From: Arthrobacter sp.
GTDB taxonomy: Bacteria > Actinomycetota > Actinomycetes > Actinomycetales > Micrococcaceae
Direction: 5' to 3'
NCBI GenBank assembly: GCA_040274025.1
Contig: JBELZL010000007.1
Location: 21,117-85,116, forward strand
Length of the DNA: 64,000 bases
Positions 50,443 through 59,044 of this stretch are shown in pieces. A model generated the notes under the pieces. The model was not told where the DNA came from. It ran no database searches and worked only from the letters and a program-made list of their open reading frames with translations. Position 1 is the first letter of the stretch. Every line of letters begins with the position of its first letter. The position numbers and the translations under genes are program-made.

Positions 50443-50534
50443 GGCCGGAGAGCCCGGGACGGCGGCAACGAAACTCCTTTGCTCGCAGAGCTCGCACGGA
50501 GTATTAAAGCCGCCTTCCCCCGGGCCCTCCGGCC
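50443..50534 (+). repeat. Structured hairpin repeat, family 2, copy 1
   Basis: Outer stem: GGCCGGAGAGCCCGGG (50443-50458) pairs with CCCGGGCCCTCCGGCC (50519-50534). Inner stem: GGCGGC (50461-50466) pairs with GCCGCC (50509-50514). A further stem pairs ACTCC with GGAGT. The 54-nt core is identical, apart from one indel, to the reverse complement of 63433-63485. Confidence 0.65.
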
Positions 50535-50582
50535 TACGCTGTCCGTGGCCTTCGCGCTTCAAACCCCGTGCCCTCCGGGGCC

Positions 50583-50873
50583 TCACGAAGGTTTGGTTGC
50601 GATCCCGTCCAGCCAGAGCGTGTCGGATTCGTCCTGGTGCGGCCCGGAGGTCCCCACATGCCTGGCATCGATCGAGGGGCCGTTCCGGATCACGTGCACC
50701 AGCGCCATCCCGTGGCCGCGGCCGAGTCCGTAATTGGTCTTCAGCCATTCAAGGATTTCACCGGCATTAATGTCAGGCCCGTCGAAACCCTTTGCCCGGG
50801 CTTCGTCCACGAGCTGGCGGGGAGTCCGCCCCGTCTTTTTCTCGATAGTGTCCAGGTACGCCTGAAATGACAT
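50583..50873 (-). CDS. DUF4287 family protein
   Basis: 96 aa from ATG 50873. MSFQAYLDTIEKKTGRTPRQLVDEARAKGF...EILEWLKTNYGLGRGHGMALVHVI is the typical DUF4287 pattern. The upstream ORF extension was rejected. Confidence 0.75.
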   Translation of the reverse strand: MSFQAYLDTIEKKTGRTPRQLVDEARAKGFDGPDINAGEILEWLKTNYGLGRGHGMALVHVIRNGPSIDARHVGTSGPHQDESDTLWLDGIATKPS

Positions 50874-50949
50874 TGTGTTCCCCTCACGGTGGACGGAAGA
50901 TGGTGGGGCGATTCTAGATCGTTGACGTTCAGTGGTTGCCGGCCGAACG

Positions 50950-51606
50950 CTAGGCATTCCGCTGTATTGAGAGGCGCTCCAGCAGCGTGCCGGCCCCGGG
51001 ACCGGACAGCTCATCGTCCCGGATCGGCCGCCCGGAAACCGCGAGCAGCAGCGCCAGGGAGGACCCCCGGACCTCATCGCCGCTTCCGTGCCGGAAGGCG
51101 CCGTCGTCCGCCGCCAGCCGCAGGCCGTCCACCAGTTCCCGGCCGCCGCCGAGTTTCACGGATGTTCCTGCCTGGCTAGCCAGCGCTCCGCAAACCGCGT
51201 CGAGAGGATACCCGCGGACTATCCCGAGCGGCCGGCGGATGTCCTCGCCGTGGACCACTGCTTCAACCAGTCGGGTGGCGCGGGGCGCCGGCGGTCCGCT
51301 GGTCCGGTGCTGGACTGAGCGAAACGCCTCCAGGGTTTCAGCGGGACTGTTTCCGCGGTGCTTCCGGACTCCGGCGTCATTGCTGCGGTCGAAGTCGAAG
51401 CGGGCCGTGATCATGCCGCGCAGAAATCCCACCCGAGTGCTCAGCGCGGTGTCCACCAGATGTGCCAGGACGTCATGCACAGTCCAGCCGGGGCACAACG
51501 ACGGCGTTTGCCAGGCATCCTCCGGAAGGTCGTCGAGGTCCGCAACCAGGGCGCGGCGTTCCTCATGTACTGCCGGCCAGACGTCGGAGCTGCTTGGGGA
51601 TGCCAT
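50950..51606 (-). CDS. Mycothiol-dependent maleylpyruvate isomerase family (DinB-like) protein
   Basis: 218 aa. WQTPSLCPGWTVHDVLAHLV is the N-terminal DinB/MDMPI metal-binding pattern. Confidence 0.8.
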   Translation of the reverse strand: MASPSSSDVWPAVHEERRALVADLDDLPEDAWQTPSLCPGWTVHDVLAHLVDTALSTRVGFLRGMITARFDFDRSNDAGVRKHRGNSPAETLEAFRSVQHRTSGPPAPRATRLVEAVVHGEDIRRPLGIVRGYPLDAVCGALASQAGTSVKLGGGRELVDGLRLAADDGAFRHGSGDEVRGSSLALLLAVSGRPIRDDELSGPGAGTLLERLSIQRNA

Positions 51607-51798
51607 GACCGGTAGTCAACCAGAGCAGGCGTTAGTTGTGCAGCGCCGGTGCGGTGTTCTGCGTAGCCCCGCATCGCCGAGTGAGGAACGAGCGAGGCAG
51701 TGAAAGATCCAGGGCCCCTCTCCGAGCTTGCGAGGAGGAGGGAGGGATCTGCAACGCTAAGGGGCGGCAGGATGCCGTTCCGCCGCGGACGATAGAGA

Positions 51799-52290
51799 CT
51801 ACTTTTCGTCCAGGGTTGCCTCGATGCGGGCCAGCAGACCGGCCAGGAGCGCCCGCTCCTGCGGGCTCAGTCCTGCGAGGATCCCTTCTTCAGTCTCCAG
51901 ATGGTCCGGCAGCGCCCGTTCGACCAAGGCCAGCCCATCGCTGGTGAGGGTCACCCGTTTGCCCCGTCCGTCCGATGCGTTTTTGGTCCGGGCAACGAGT
52001 CCGCGTTCTTCCAGCCGGTTCAGCCGCTGGGCGATGGCGGCTGAGGTGACCATGGTGCTGGCCGTCAGCTCTGACGGGCTCAGCGTGTAAGGCTCCCCGG
52101 ACCGGCGCAGGGTAGCCAGGACGTCGAAGGCAGCCGCGTCGAGACCGTGTTTGGCAAAGGTCGCCGCCAGACGGGTATCCACCTTTCGGGAAACCCGGGA
52201 AATGCGCCCGACGACGGCCATGGGGGAGGCATCGAGATCCGGCCGTTCTGCCGCCCACTGGGCCAGGATGTGCTCCAACTGGTCCTTCAT
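51799..52290 (-). CDS. MarR family transcriptional regulator
   Basis: 163 aa from ATG 52290. Winged-helix core: FDVLATLRRSGEPYTLSPSELTASTMVTSAAIAQRLNRLEERGLVARTKNASDGRGKRVTLTSDG. Confidence 0.85.
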   Translation of the reverse strand: MKDQLEHILAQWAAERPDLDASPMAVVGRISRVSRKVDTRLAATFAKHGLDAAAFDVLATLRRSGEPYTLSPSELTASTMVTSAAIAQRLNRLEERGLVARTKNASDGRGKRVTLTSDGLALVERALPDHLETEEGILAGLSPQERALLAGLLARIEATLDEK

Positions 52291-52386
52291 AGACTCCAAC
52301 CTATCTGCTTGGACGGTGATCACGCCGTTGGTGAAACCCGGCCGGATTCGCTGATTCGGAAGCAGGCTGCCTGTTAGCGTCGATGG

Positions 52387-54924
52387 GTGAGCACTCAACC
52401 CGCTGCCCAGTCCGTTCCCAGCCCTGCCTCCGATCCGGCCCGCAGCGGAATGGTCCGTGTGCGCGGCGCCCAGGAAAACAACCTGCGCAGCGTCGACGTC
52501 GACATCCCGCGCGACGCGATCGTTGCCTTCACCGGGATCTCCGGCTCCGGCAAGTCGTCCCTGGCGTTCGGGACCATTTACGCGGAGGCACAGAAGCGGT
52601 ACTTCGAGTCGGTGGCACCGTATGCCCGCCGCCTGATTTCACAAGGCCACAACCCCAAGGTGGAAGCCATCACCGGCCTGCCTCCCGCCGTCGCGCTCCA
52701 GCAGCGCCGCGGCACTGCCAGCTCGCGGTCAACAGTCGGCACGCTGACCACCCTTTCCAACTCGATGCGGATGCTCTTCTCCCGCGGCGGCAGCTACCCG
52801 GCCGACGCCGAGCCGGGCAGCCTGGATTCGGATGCTTTCTCACCCAACACCGCTGCCGGCGCGTGCCGTGAGTGCTCCGGGCTGGGTGTTGCACACACTG
52901 TTACCGAACAGTCCCTGGTTCCGGATCCGTCCCTGACCATCCGGGAGGGCGCCATTGCCGCCTGGCCCGGTGCGTGGCAGGGCAAGAATCTGCGGGACAT
53001 CCTGATCCATCTGGGGTACGACGTCGATGTGCCCTGGCGGAAGCTGCCGAAGAAGGACCGCGACTGGATCCTCTTCACCGAGGAACAGCCCGTAGTAACC
53101 ATCACTCCGCAGCGCGACCGCGTGGCCAAACCGTACAAGGGCCGCTTCTGGAGTGCGCGCAGCTACGTGCTGCACACCCTGGCTGATTCCGGCAGCGCGA
53201 AGATGCGCGAACGGGTCCTGGAATACATGGTCTCCGGCCCCTGCCCGGTCTGTGGCGGGGCGGGCCTGCGTCCGGAGGCACTGGCTGTCACCTTTGCAGG
53301 CCGCAACATCGCCGAACTCAACGGAGTGACCCTTGGTGAGCTGGCCGAGATCATCCGGCCGACGGCAAAACTCAAGGCGGCAGGCACCGCCTCCCGGTCT
53401 GCGGCCTCGAATGAGGACACCGAGGTTGCCGTCACCATCACCCGGGACCTGCTGTCCCGGCTGGAGATCCTGATCTCCCTGGGCCTGGGTTACCTCAGTC
53501 TGTCCCGCGCCACTCCGACCCTCTCACCCGGCGAGATGCAGCGGCTGCGCATCGCCACGCAGCTGCGCTCGGGCCTGTTCGGAGTCGTCTATGTCCTGGA
53601 CGAACCTTCCGCAGGCCTGCACCCGGCAGACGCCGAACCGCTGCTGGCCGTCCTGCAGGAACTCAAGGACGCCGGGAACTCAGTGTTCGTCGTCGAGCAC
53701 AACATGGACGTGGTGCGTAGTGCCGAATGGATCGTCGACGTCGGTCCGCAGGCCGGCGACGGCGGCGGCACCGTGCTCTACAGCGGTCCGGTAGCAGGGC
53801 TCGCGGATGTCCCTGAGAGCGCTACCCGGCCGTTCCTTTTCGGTGAAGCCGAGGGAACTGTTCCCGCCCGCCGTCGCGCCGGGCGCTGGCTGTCCCTGAA
53901 GGGCATTTCGCGGCACAACCTGCGGGAGCTCGACGCCGTCATCCCGCTCGGCGTGCTGACTGCCGTCACCGGGGTGTCTGGATCCGGCAAGTCCACCCTG
54001 GTCAGCCAGGTCCTGGCGGAAGCGGTGGGCACCCAGGTCAACGGTGCGCCCCCGGAAGGTGAGGACGACGACGAAGCCCGGGACACTACTGACGACCCCG
54101 GCGTCCAGGTGCGGCGCATTGCCGGACTCGAGCACCTGGACCGGCTGGTCCGGGTGGACCAGCGCCCCATCGGGCGGACCCCGCGCTCAAACCTGGCCAC
54201 CTACACAGGCCTGTTCGACAACGTGCGCAAGCTCTACGCGGGCACGGATGAAGCGCGGGCACGCGGTTACAACGCCGGACGCTTCTCTTTCAACGTTGCT
54301 GGAGGACGCTGCGAAACCTGCCAGGGCGAAGGGTTCCTCGCCGTCGAACTGCTGTTCCTCCCCGGAACCTACGGACCGTGCCCGGCCTGCCACGGTGCCC
54401 GGTACAACGAGGAGACCCTGGAGGTCACCTACCGCGGCAAGTCGATCGCGGATGTCCTGGCCATGCGGGTGGAGACTGCAGCGGACTTCCTCTCAGACGC
54501 TCCGTCTGCTGCGCGCAGCCTGCAGACCCTGCTCGACGTCGGCCTCGGATACCTGCGGCTCGGTCAGCCCGCCACGGAACTCTCCGGCGGCGAAGCGCAG
54601 CGCATCAAGCTGGCCACCGAACTGCAGCGTGCCCGGCGCGGACACACCCTCTACCTGCTGGATGAGCCGACCACCGGACTGCATCCGCAGGACGTACAGC
54701 TGCTGCTGGCCCAGCTGAACCGGCTGGTTGATGCCGGCAATACGGTTGTGGTGGTGGAGCACTCGATGAACGTGGTGGCGTCTGCTGACTGGGTGATCGA
54801 CATGGGCCCGGCCGGCGGGGACGACGGCGGGCGGATCATCTGTGCCGGGACCGCCGATGAGGTGGCGGCCTGTGAAGCCTCGCGGACGGCGCCGTACCTG
54901 GCTGCTGCGTTGAAGAGACTCTGA
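52387..54924 (+). CDS. UvrA paralog (class II, lacks the UvrB-binding region)
   Basis: 845 aa. Two ABC modules are present (GISGSGKSS / LSPGEMQRL / VLDEPSAGLH and GVSGSGKST / LSGGEAQRI / LLDEPTTGLH), plus C-terminal Zn modules CETCQGEG...CPACHG. After STVGTLTTLSNSMRMLFSRGG the sequence runs almost directly into FSPNTAAGACRECSGLG. Canonical UvrA has about 150 aa (Zn module 1 plus the UvrB-binding domain) between these two points. Confidence 0.85.
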   Translation: MSTQPAAQSVPSPASDPARSGMVRVRGAQENNLRSVDVDIPRDAIVAFTGISGSGKSSLAFGTIYAEAQKRYFESVAPYARRLISQGHNPKVEAITGLPPAVALQQRRGTASSRSTVGTLTTLSNSMRMLFSRGGSYPADAEPGSLDSDAFSPNTAAGACRECSGLGVAHTVTEQSLVPDPSLTIREGAIAAWPGAWQGKNLRDILIHLGYDVDVPWRKLPKKDRDWILFTEEQPVVTITPQRDRVAKPYKGRFWSARSYVLHTLADSGSAKMRERVLEYMVSGPCPVCGGAGLRPEALAVTFAGRNIAELNGVTLGELAEIIRPTAKLKAAGTASRSAASNEDTEVAVTITRDLLSRLEILISLGLGYLSLSRATPTLSPGEMQRLRIATQLRSGLFGVVYVLDEPSAGLHPADAEPLLAVLQELKDAGNSVFVVEHNMDVVRSAEWIVDVGPQAGDGGGTVLYSGPVAGLADVPESATRPFLFGEAEGTVPARRRAGRWLSLKGISRHNLRELDAVIPLGVLTAVTGVSGSGKSTLVSQVLAEAVGTQVNGAPPEGEDDDEARDTTDDPGVQVRRIAGLEHLDRLVRVDQRPIGRTPRSNLATYTGLFDNVRKLYAGTDEARARGYNAGRFSFNVAGGRCETCQGEGFLAVELLFLPGTYGPCPACHGARYNEETLEVTYRGKSIADVLAMRVETAADFLSDAPSAARSLQTLLDVGLGYLRLGQPATELSGGEAQRIKLATELQRARRGHTLYLLDEPTTGLHPQDVQLLLAQLNRLVDAGNTVVVVEHSMNVVASADWVIDMGPAGGDDGGRIICAGTADEVAACEASRTAPYLAAALKRL

Positions 54925-55025
54925 CAGGGCGGCCGGAAGGAACGGACCGGCGGATCGGCAACCGGCGTGCCGCCTGGCCCAAGCCCTCCTGCCGTAGAGA
55001 TCGCCTGCAATACGGTCGGCACAAT

Positions 55026-55168
55026 AACCTTCGGTGACTTGACGCTCTTTGGAGCGGGTTCCGCGAAACGTTTGGGGAGACAACGCCGTATTGGGAGCGC
55101 CATACCAGCGTTATCTCCCCAAAGGTTAAACCCGGATGCCGCTTTCCAGCGTTATCTCCCCGAAGGTT
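55026..55168. repeat. 143-bp dyad-symmetric four-unit repeat, family 1, copy A
   Basis: Four 23-nt units lie on a 41-bp register. I1 is 55026-55048 (AACCTTCGGTGACTTGACGCTCT). I2 is 55067-55089 (AACGTTTGGGGAGACAACGCCGT). D1 is 55105-55127 (CCAGCGTTATCTCCCCAAAGGTT). D2 is 55146-55168 (CCAGCGTTATCTCCCCGAAGGTT). The I units are reverse complements of the D units, and the symmetry centre is about 55097. Confidence 0.7.
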
Positions 55169-55243
55169 GCTGGCTCGAGCGAAGAAGCGGGGGCCCGGAA
55201 ACGTGTGGTTGACAGTACGAACGGACCTGACGAGCATTGCGCT

Positions 55244-55723
55244 ATGACCAAGCAGGAAGCACTGCCACTCCGTTTTGTCCTGGTGACCCTGGGACTCATG
55301 GCCCTGTTGTCGCAGACAGTGCTGCTGCCGCTTCTGGCCGGCGGGTACGCCGCGGCCTATCCGCAGGCCGCCACCCTCGCCGTTCCCTATGCTGCCGCGG
55401 CCATTGCAGCGATTGCCTGCTTTGAAGTCACCCTGCTTGCCGGGTGGCAGATACTTACGGCCGTGGTAGCGGAAGGCGCCTTGACCCTAGGCGCGACCAC
55501 TTGGGTAAACGTCATGGCAGTTTCGCTCGGTCTGACGGGCATAACCCTGGCCGGGGTATGCGCTCACGCCGGGACCGTAGCCGCCGTAGGCAGACCGGCG
55601 ATGCTGTTCGGGCTGGTGGCAGGACTGGCACTCGTTCCAGCTGCGGTCGCGTTGCGGAACAAGTTCCTGCAACTCAGCACCGAACCGGGCCCGGATCTGC
55701 GCAGTCCAGGGCACGGCATGTGA
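55244..55723 (+). CDS. Small polytopic membrane protein (DUF2975-like, tentative)
   Basis: 159 aa from ATG 55244 with four Ala/Leu/Gly-rich TM helices. The family assignment is from memory of the topology and size only. Confidence 0.55.
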   Translation: MTKQEALPLRFVLVTLGLMALLSQTVLLPLLAGGYAAAYPQAATLAVPYAAAAIAAIACFEVTLLAGWQILTAVVAEGALTLGATTWVNVMAVSLGLTGITLAGVCAHAGTVAAVGRPAMLFGLVAGLALVPAAVALRNKFLQLSTEPGPDLRSPGHGM

Positions 55724-55737
55724 AAGGAGAAACCGAA

Positions 55738-56424
55738 ATGGCTGCGACGGGAACGGCCGGGACGGCGGTGGATAGTGTGATGGCCCAGCTTTCCGCTCTT
55801 GAAGATCCAAGAATGCGGGCAGTGAATGAGAGACACGGCGACGACTACGGGGTGAACCTCAGCCGCCTGCGCGCCGTCGCCAAGGTGCTCAAGACGCAGC
55901 ATGAACTGTCCGTGCAGCTCTGGCAGACCGGTGACACTGCGGCACGTCTGCTGGCACTGCTGACCTGCCGGCCCAAGTCGTTCGAACAAGACGAACTGGA
56001 CGTCATGCTGCGCGAATCACGCAGCCCCAAGGTGCAGGACTGGCTGGTGAATTACGTCGTCAAGAAGAGCCCGCATGCTGAGGACCTGCGCCGCCGCTGG
56101 TTATCCGATCCGGATCCGGTGGCCGCGAGTGCCGGCTGGGCGCTCACCAGCGAACGTGTTTCCAAGAGTCCCGAAGGCGTGGATCTCTCAGAATTGCTGG
56201 ATGCCATTGAGGCGGACATGCGGGACGCTCCGGAGCGGCTGCAGTGGGCCATGAATACCTGCCTGGCGCAGATTGGCATAGCCCATCCGGAGTTCCGCAA
56301 TCGCGCCATCGGCATCGGGGAACGGCTTGAGGTACTCAAGGACTACCCGACGCCGCCGAACTGCACCTCGCCCTATGCACCCGTCTGGATTGCGGAGATC
56401 GTCCGCCGGCAGGCAGGGGAGTGA
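55738..56424 (+). CDS. DNA alkylation repair protein (AlkD/AlkC-like HEAT-repeat family)
   Basis: 228 aa with RBS AAAGGAGAA upstream. The pattern LSALEDPRMRAVNERHGDDYGVNLSRLRAVAKVLK...LWQTGDTAARLLALL resembles pfam DNA_alkylation proteins. Confidence 0.7.
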   Translation: MAATGTAGTAVDSVMAQLSALEDPRMRAVNERHGDDYGVNLSRLRAVAKVLKTQHELSVQLWQTGDTAARLLALLTCRPKSFEQDELDVMLRESRSPKVQDWLVNYVVKKSPHAEDLRRRWLSDPDPVAASAGWALTSERVSKSPEGVDLSELLDAIEADMRDAPERLQWAMNTCLAQIGIAHPEFRNRAIGIGERLEVLKDYPTPPNCTSPYAPVWIAEIVRRQAGE

Positions 56425-56427
56425 ACC

Positions 56428-57039
56428 ATGGGAACGATTTCCCTTGACCTGTTCCTGACGCTGGACGGTGTCTACCAGGGACCCGGAAGCGCAGATGAGG
56501 ATCGCTCCGGCGGCTTCACCCTCGGAGGCTGGCAGGCCGCCTTTGCAGACGCCGAATCCGGCAGTGCGATTATGGCCGGCATCAACCAGATGGACGCATT
56601 GCTGCTGGGCCGCAGGACCTATGACATCTTTGCCGGTTACTGGCCGCAGCGGGGGAACTCCAACCCCATCGCAGAGAAGTTCAATGCCATGGATAAGTAC
56701 GTGGTGTCCCGGACCCTGGACGGAGCGGACTGGGAAGGAACAGTCGTCCTGTCTGCAGCTGAAGACGCAGCCGCGCTGAAGGACCGGCACGAGGACATCC
56801 ATGTTGTGGGCAGCGGCGCGCTGGCTGGAGCCCTGCTCGCCGCAGGAATCCTGGACCGGCTTAACCTCTTCCTGTACCCAGTGACGCTGGGGAGCGGAAA
56901 GCGAATCTTCGCGGGCGGCGCCGGCGTTCCGGCAGCCTTCACCCTCGCCGAGAATCCGCAGGCTTTCCCATCCGGCGTTGTCCGCCTGGTCTATGAACGT
57001 TCTGGGATTCCGGTGACGGGGCTCGACGCCGGTGACTAG
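56428..57039 (+). CDS. Dihydrofolate reductase family protein (RibD C-terminal-like)
   Basis: 203 aa. The pattern [12 protein letters not shown]...[16 protein letters not shown]...KYVVSRTL...[13 protein letters not shown] is typical of this family. Confidence 0.8.
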   Translation: MGTISLDLFLTLDGVYQGPGSADEDRSGGFTLGGWQAAFADAESGSAIMAGINQMDALLLGRRTYDIFAGYWPQRGNSNPIAEKFNAMDKYVVSRTLDGADWEGTVVLSAAEDAAALKDRHEDIHVVGSGALAGALLAAGILDRLNLFLYPVTLGSGKRIFAGGAGVPAAFTLAENPQAFPSGVVRLVYERSGIPVTGLDAGD

Positions 57040-58298
57040 CCGCGGTAACGCCGGTTCCGGGCGGTTAGGATCACGGCGCCGATCGTCGCAGAAATCATCG
57101 ACCCCACAATCACGCCGACCTTCATATGGTCCGAGGCAGCACCGGCAGGATCGTAGGAAAGTTCGCCAACCAGCAGGGATACGGTGAACCCGATGCCGGC
57201 GATGAAGGACATGCCGACAATATCTATCCAGGCCAGGGACTTGTCTATGGTGATCCCGCGCAGCCTCGTGATCAGGAACGTCCCGCCGGTAATGCCGATC
57301 GCCTTGCCGAGGACCAAGCCGCCGATGATGCCCAGCGCGATGCTGTCGCCCAGGGACTCGAGTAGCCCGCTGAAGCCGCCCACCGTCACCCCGGCGGAGA
57401 AGAACGCGAAGACCGGCACGGCGACGGCGCTGGAGAACACGGACCATTTGTCCGCAAAATGGGCGGCCAGGCCCTCGAAGAGCGGGGTGCCGTCTTCCCG
57501 GGTGCCGGCAGGAACCTTGGCACGGCCCTTGGCAACAACAGGGACCATAAAGCCGAGCAGGACACCGGCCACCGTAGCGTGGATTCCCGAGGCATGGATC
57601 AGCGCCCAAACGCTCACACCCAGGGGTATCAGCACCCACCAGGTCCGGACACCGCGCTGGACCAGCACGGCGAAGACCGCCAGCGGCAGCAGAGCAGCCA
57701 GCAGCGGCAGGAACTGGATGCCGTCGGTGTAGAAGACGGCGATGATGGAGATTGCCAGCAGGTCATCCACTACGGCAAGGGTCAGCAGGAACGTTCGCAG
57801 GGCGGGCGGGAGCATCTTGCCCACCACTGCGATGACGGCCACTGCAAAGGCAATGTCCGTGGCAGCAGGAATTGCCCACCCGTTGAGTGCATCCCCGCCC
57901 GTATTGAGGTTGATGAGCGTGAAGATCAGGGCCGGGACGGCGACTCCGCCCATGGCGGCGACAACAGGCACGACGGCGGTGCGCGGGTCCCGCAGTTTGC
58001 CGGCGACGAACTCCTCCTTCAGCTCAAGGCCTACGACGAAAAAGAAGACCGCCAGCAGGCCATCCGCCGCCCAGGCAGCAACGCTGAGGTTCAGGTGCAG
58101 GGCTTCGGGGCCGAAGGAAAACTCCCGTACGGACTCGTAGAAGTTGGACAGGGGTGAGTTCGCAAGGATCAGGGCGATCACGGTGGCGCCGAGCAGGAGG
58201 GCACCGCCGGTGGTGTCCTTGCCCAGGGTCTGGTGGACGCCGCGCCAGATTGAGTGCGGCCGCTGGTTTTCGGGTAGGGCAGGGGAAGAGTGGGACAT
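57036..58298 (-). CDS. nhaA: Na+/H+ antiporter NhaA
   Basis: 420 aa with 12 TM helices. NhaA hallmarks are [16 protein letters not shown], the [12 protein letters not shown] motif and the paired Asp [10 protein letters not shown]. Confidence 0.9.
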   Translation of the reverse strand: MSHSSPALPENQRPHSIWRGVHQTLGKDTTGGALLLGATVIALILANSPLSNFYESVREFSFGPEALHLNLSVAAWAADGLLAVFFFVVGLELKEEFVAGKLRDPRTAVVPVVAAMGGVAVPALIFTLINLNTGGDALNGWAIPAATDIAFAVAVIAVVGKMLPPALRTFLLTLAVVDDLLAISIIAVFYTDGIQFLPLLAALLPLAVFAVLVQRGVRTWWVLIPLGVSVWALIHASGIHATVAGVLLGFMVPVVAKGRAKVPAGTREDGTPLFEGLAAHFADKWSVFSSAVAVPVFAFFSAGVTVGGFSGLLESLGDSIALGIIGGLVLGKAIGITGGTFLITRLRGITIDKSLAWIDIVGMSFIAGIGFTVSLLVGELSYDPAGAASDHMKVGVIVGSMISATIGAVILTARNRRYRG

Positions 58299-58603
58299 GG
58301 CTGGTTCTTTCGCGCGAGGTACCTGGGCAGGGCGTACTGCACCTGTCCGTCCTCTGATTAGAACGCAGGTGCTTAACAGGTGCGTGGCGGCGGGCAGCCG
58401 GCAATCTCGCCGTGCGCGTTGGTACCCCAGGAACTCATCCAGCCGTTGGTCCCGCTGGCCCGCTTCGCCAGCAGCAGCCGCTTCAGGTACGCCGTCAGCA
58501 CCTGTGCAGAAGCACGGGTATACAGAAGGCGGCGGGCAGTCATGACATCCACTCTAGCAAGGATGCTGATGAATTCGGCGCGTGTGACGCCGGATCCCGG
58601 CGC

Positions 58604-58984
58604 TCAGTGAACGGGGGAAAGGACGGCTGCAGTCCTCTCCAGGGCGCCGGGGATGACGGCGTAATACGCCCACACTCCGCGCTTCTCGCGGCTCAGGATG
58701 CCGGCATCCACGAGGATCTTCAAGTGGTGCGAGACAGTGGGCTGCCCCAGGCCAACGGGTTCCGTGAGGTCGCAGACGCAGGCCTCCTTGTTCTCCTGCG
58801 CGGCGATGATGGACACCAGGCGCAGGCGCGTCGGTTCCGCCACGGCCTTGAGGAGCTGGGCGAACCGCTGGGCATCTTCGATGCTGAGGATTTCCTGGGT
58901 CACGGACGGGCAGCAGGCATCGGCGATGGGCTCGGGAGCTCTCTGGGCAGTGTCCACCGAACCATTATGCACCGAGATTGACAT
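58604..58984 (-). CDS. arsR: ArsR/SmtB family metalloregulator
   Basis: 126 aa with the winged HTH LKAVAEPTRLRLVSII...CVCDLTEPVGLGQPTVSHHLKIL. A CVC motif lies in helix alpha-3, and there is an N-terminal vicinal pair ACCPS. Confidence 0.85.
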   Translation of the reverse strand: MSISVHNGSVDTAQRAPEPIADACCPSVTQEILSIEDAQRFAQLLKAVAEPTRLRLVSIIAAQENKEACVCDLTEPVGLGQPTVSHHLKILVDAGILSREKRGVWAYYAVIPGALERTAAVLSPVH

Positions 58985-58987
58985 CCT

Positions 58988-59030
58988 TCGATATAAGGCG
59001 GGATAGTCGACATTGACAGAGGTCGATATC
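58988..59030. promoter_or_regulatory. Candidate ArsR operator in the arsR-acr3 divergent intergenic region
   Basis: Three copies of a TCGA(T/C)AT-like half-site are present. TCGATAT (58988-58994) and ATAGTCGA (59003-59010) form an imperfect inverted pair, and GTCGATATC lies at 59022-59030. TTGACA is at 59013-59018. Confidence 0.4.
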
Positions 59031-59044
59031 TACTGAGGAGCCTT

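Noticed and set aside
50577-50595. CTCACGAAGGTTTGG near the family-2 repeat as an additional degenerate family-1 unit.
   Set aside because: It is the 3' end, including the stop codon, of the DUF4287 gene on the minus strand (…ACCAAACCTTCGTGA). It matches only the 8-9 nt CGAAGGTT core, so it is probably coincidental.
50479-50733. ORFs running through the repeat elements (50479-50733, 54967-55212, 62882-63433, 63267-63557) that share peptide strings, which hints at a small protein family.
   Set aside because: The shared peptides are simply translations of the repeated DNA, in different frames and strands. The ORFs have no starts with RBSs and they overlap real genes or hairpins.
55026-55168. 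Possible mini-CRISPR array, because 23-nt repeats recur every 41 bp (also at 63244-63386).
   Set aside because: There are only two direct copies per locus. The spacers are 18 nt, which is too short. The other two copies are inverted, giving overall dyad symmetry. No cas genes are in the window, and the same architecture is duplicated at a second locus.
58373-58543. A 56-aa minus-strand ORF ([56 protein letters not shown]) in the 305-bp gap between arsR and nhaA.
   Set aside because: It has no convincing RBS and no recognisable motif. It is short enough to arise by chance in high-GC DNA. It could be a gene remnant, but I cannot support it from the sequence alone.
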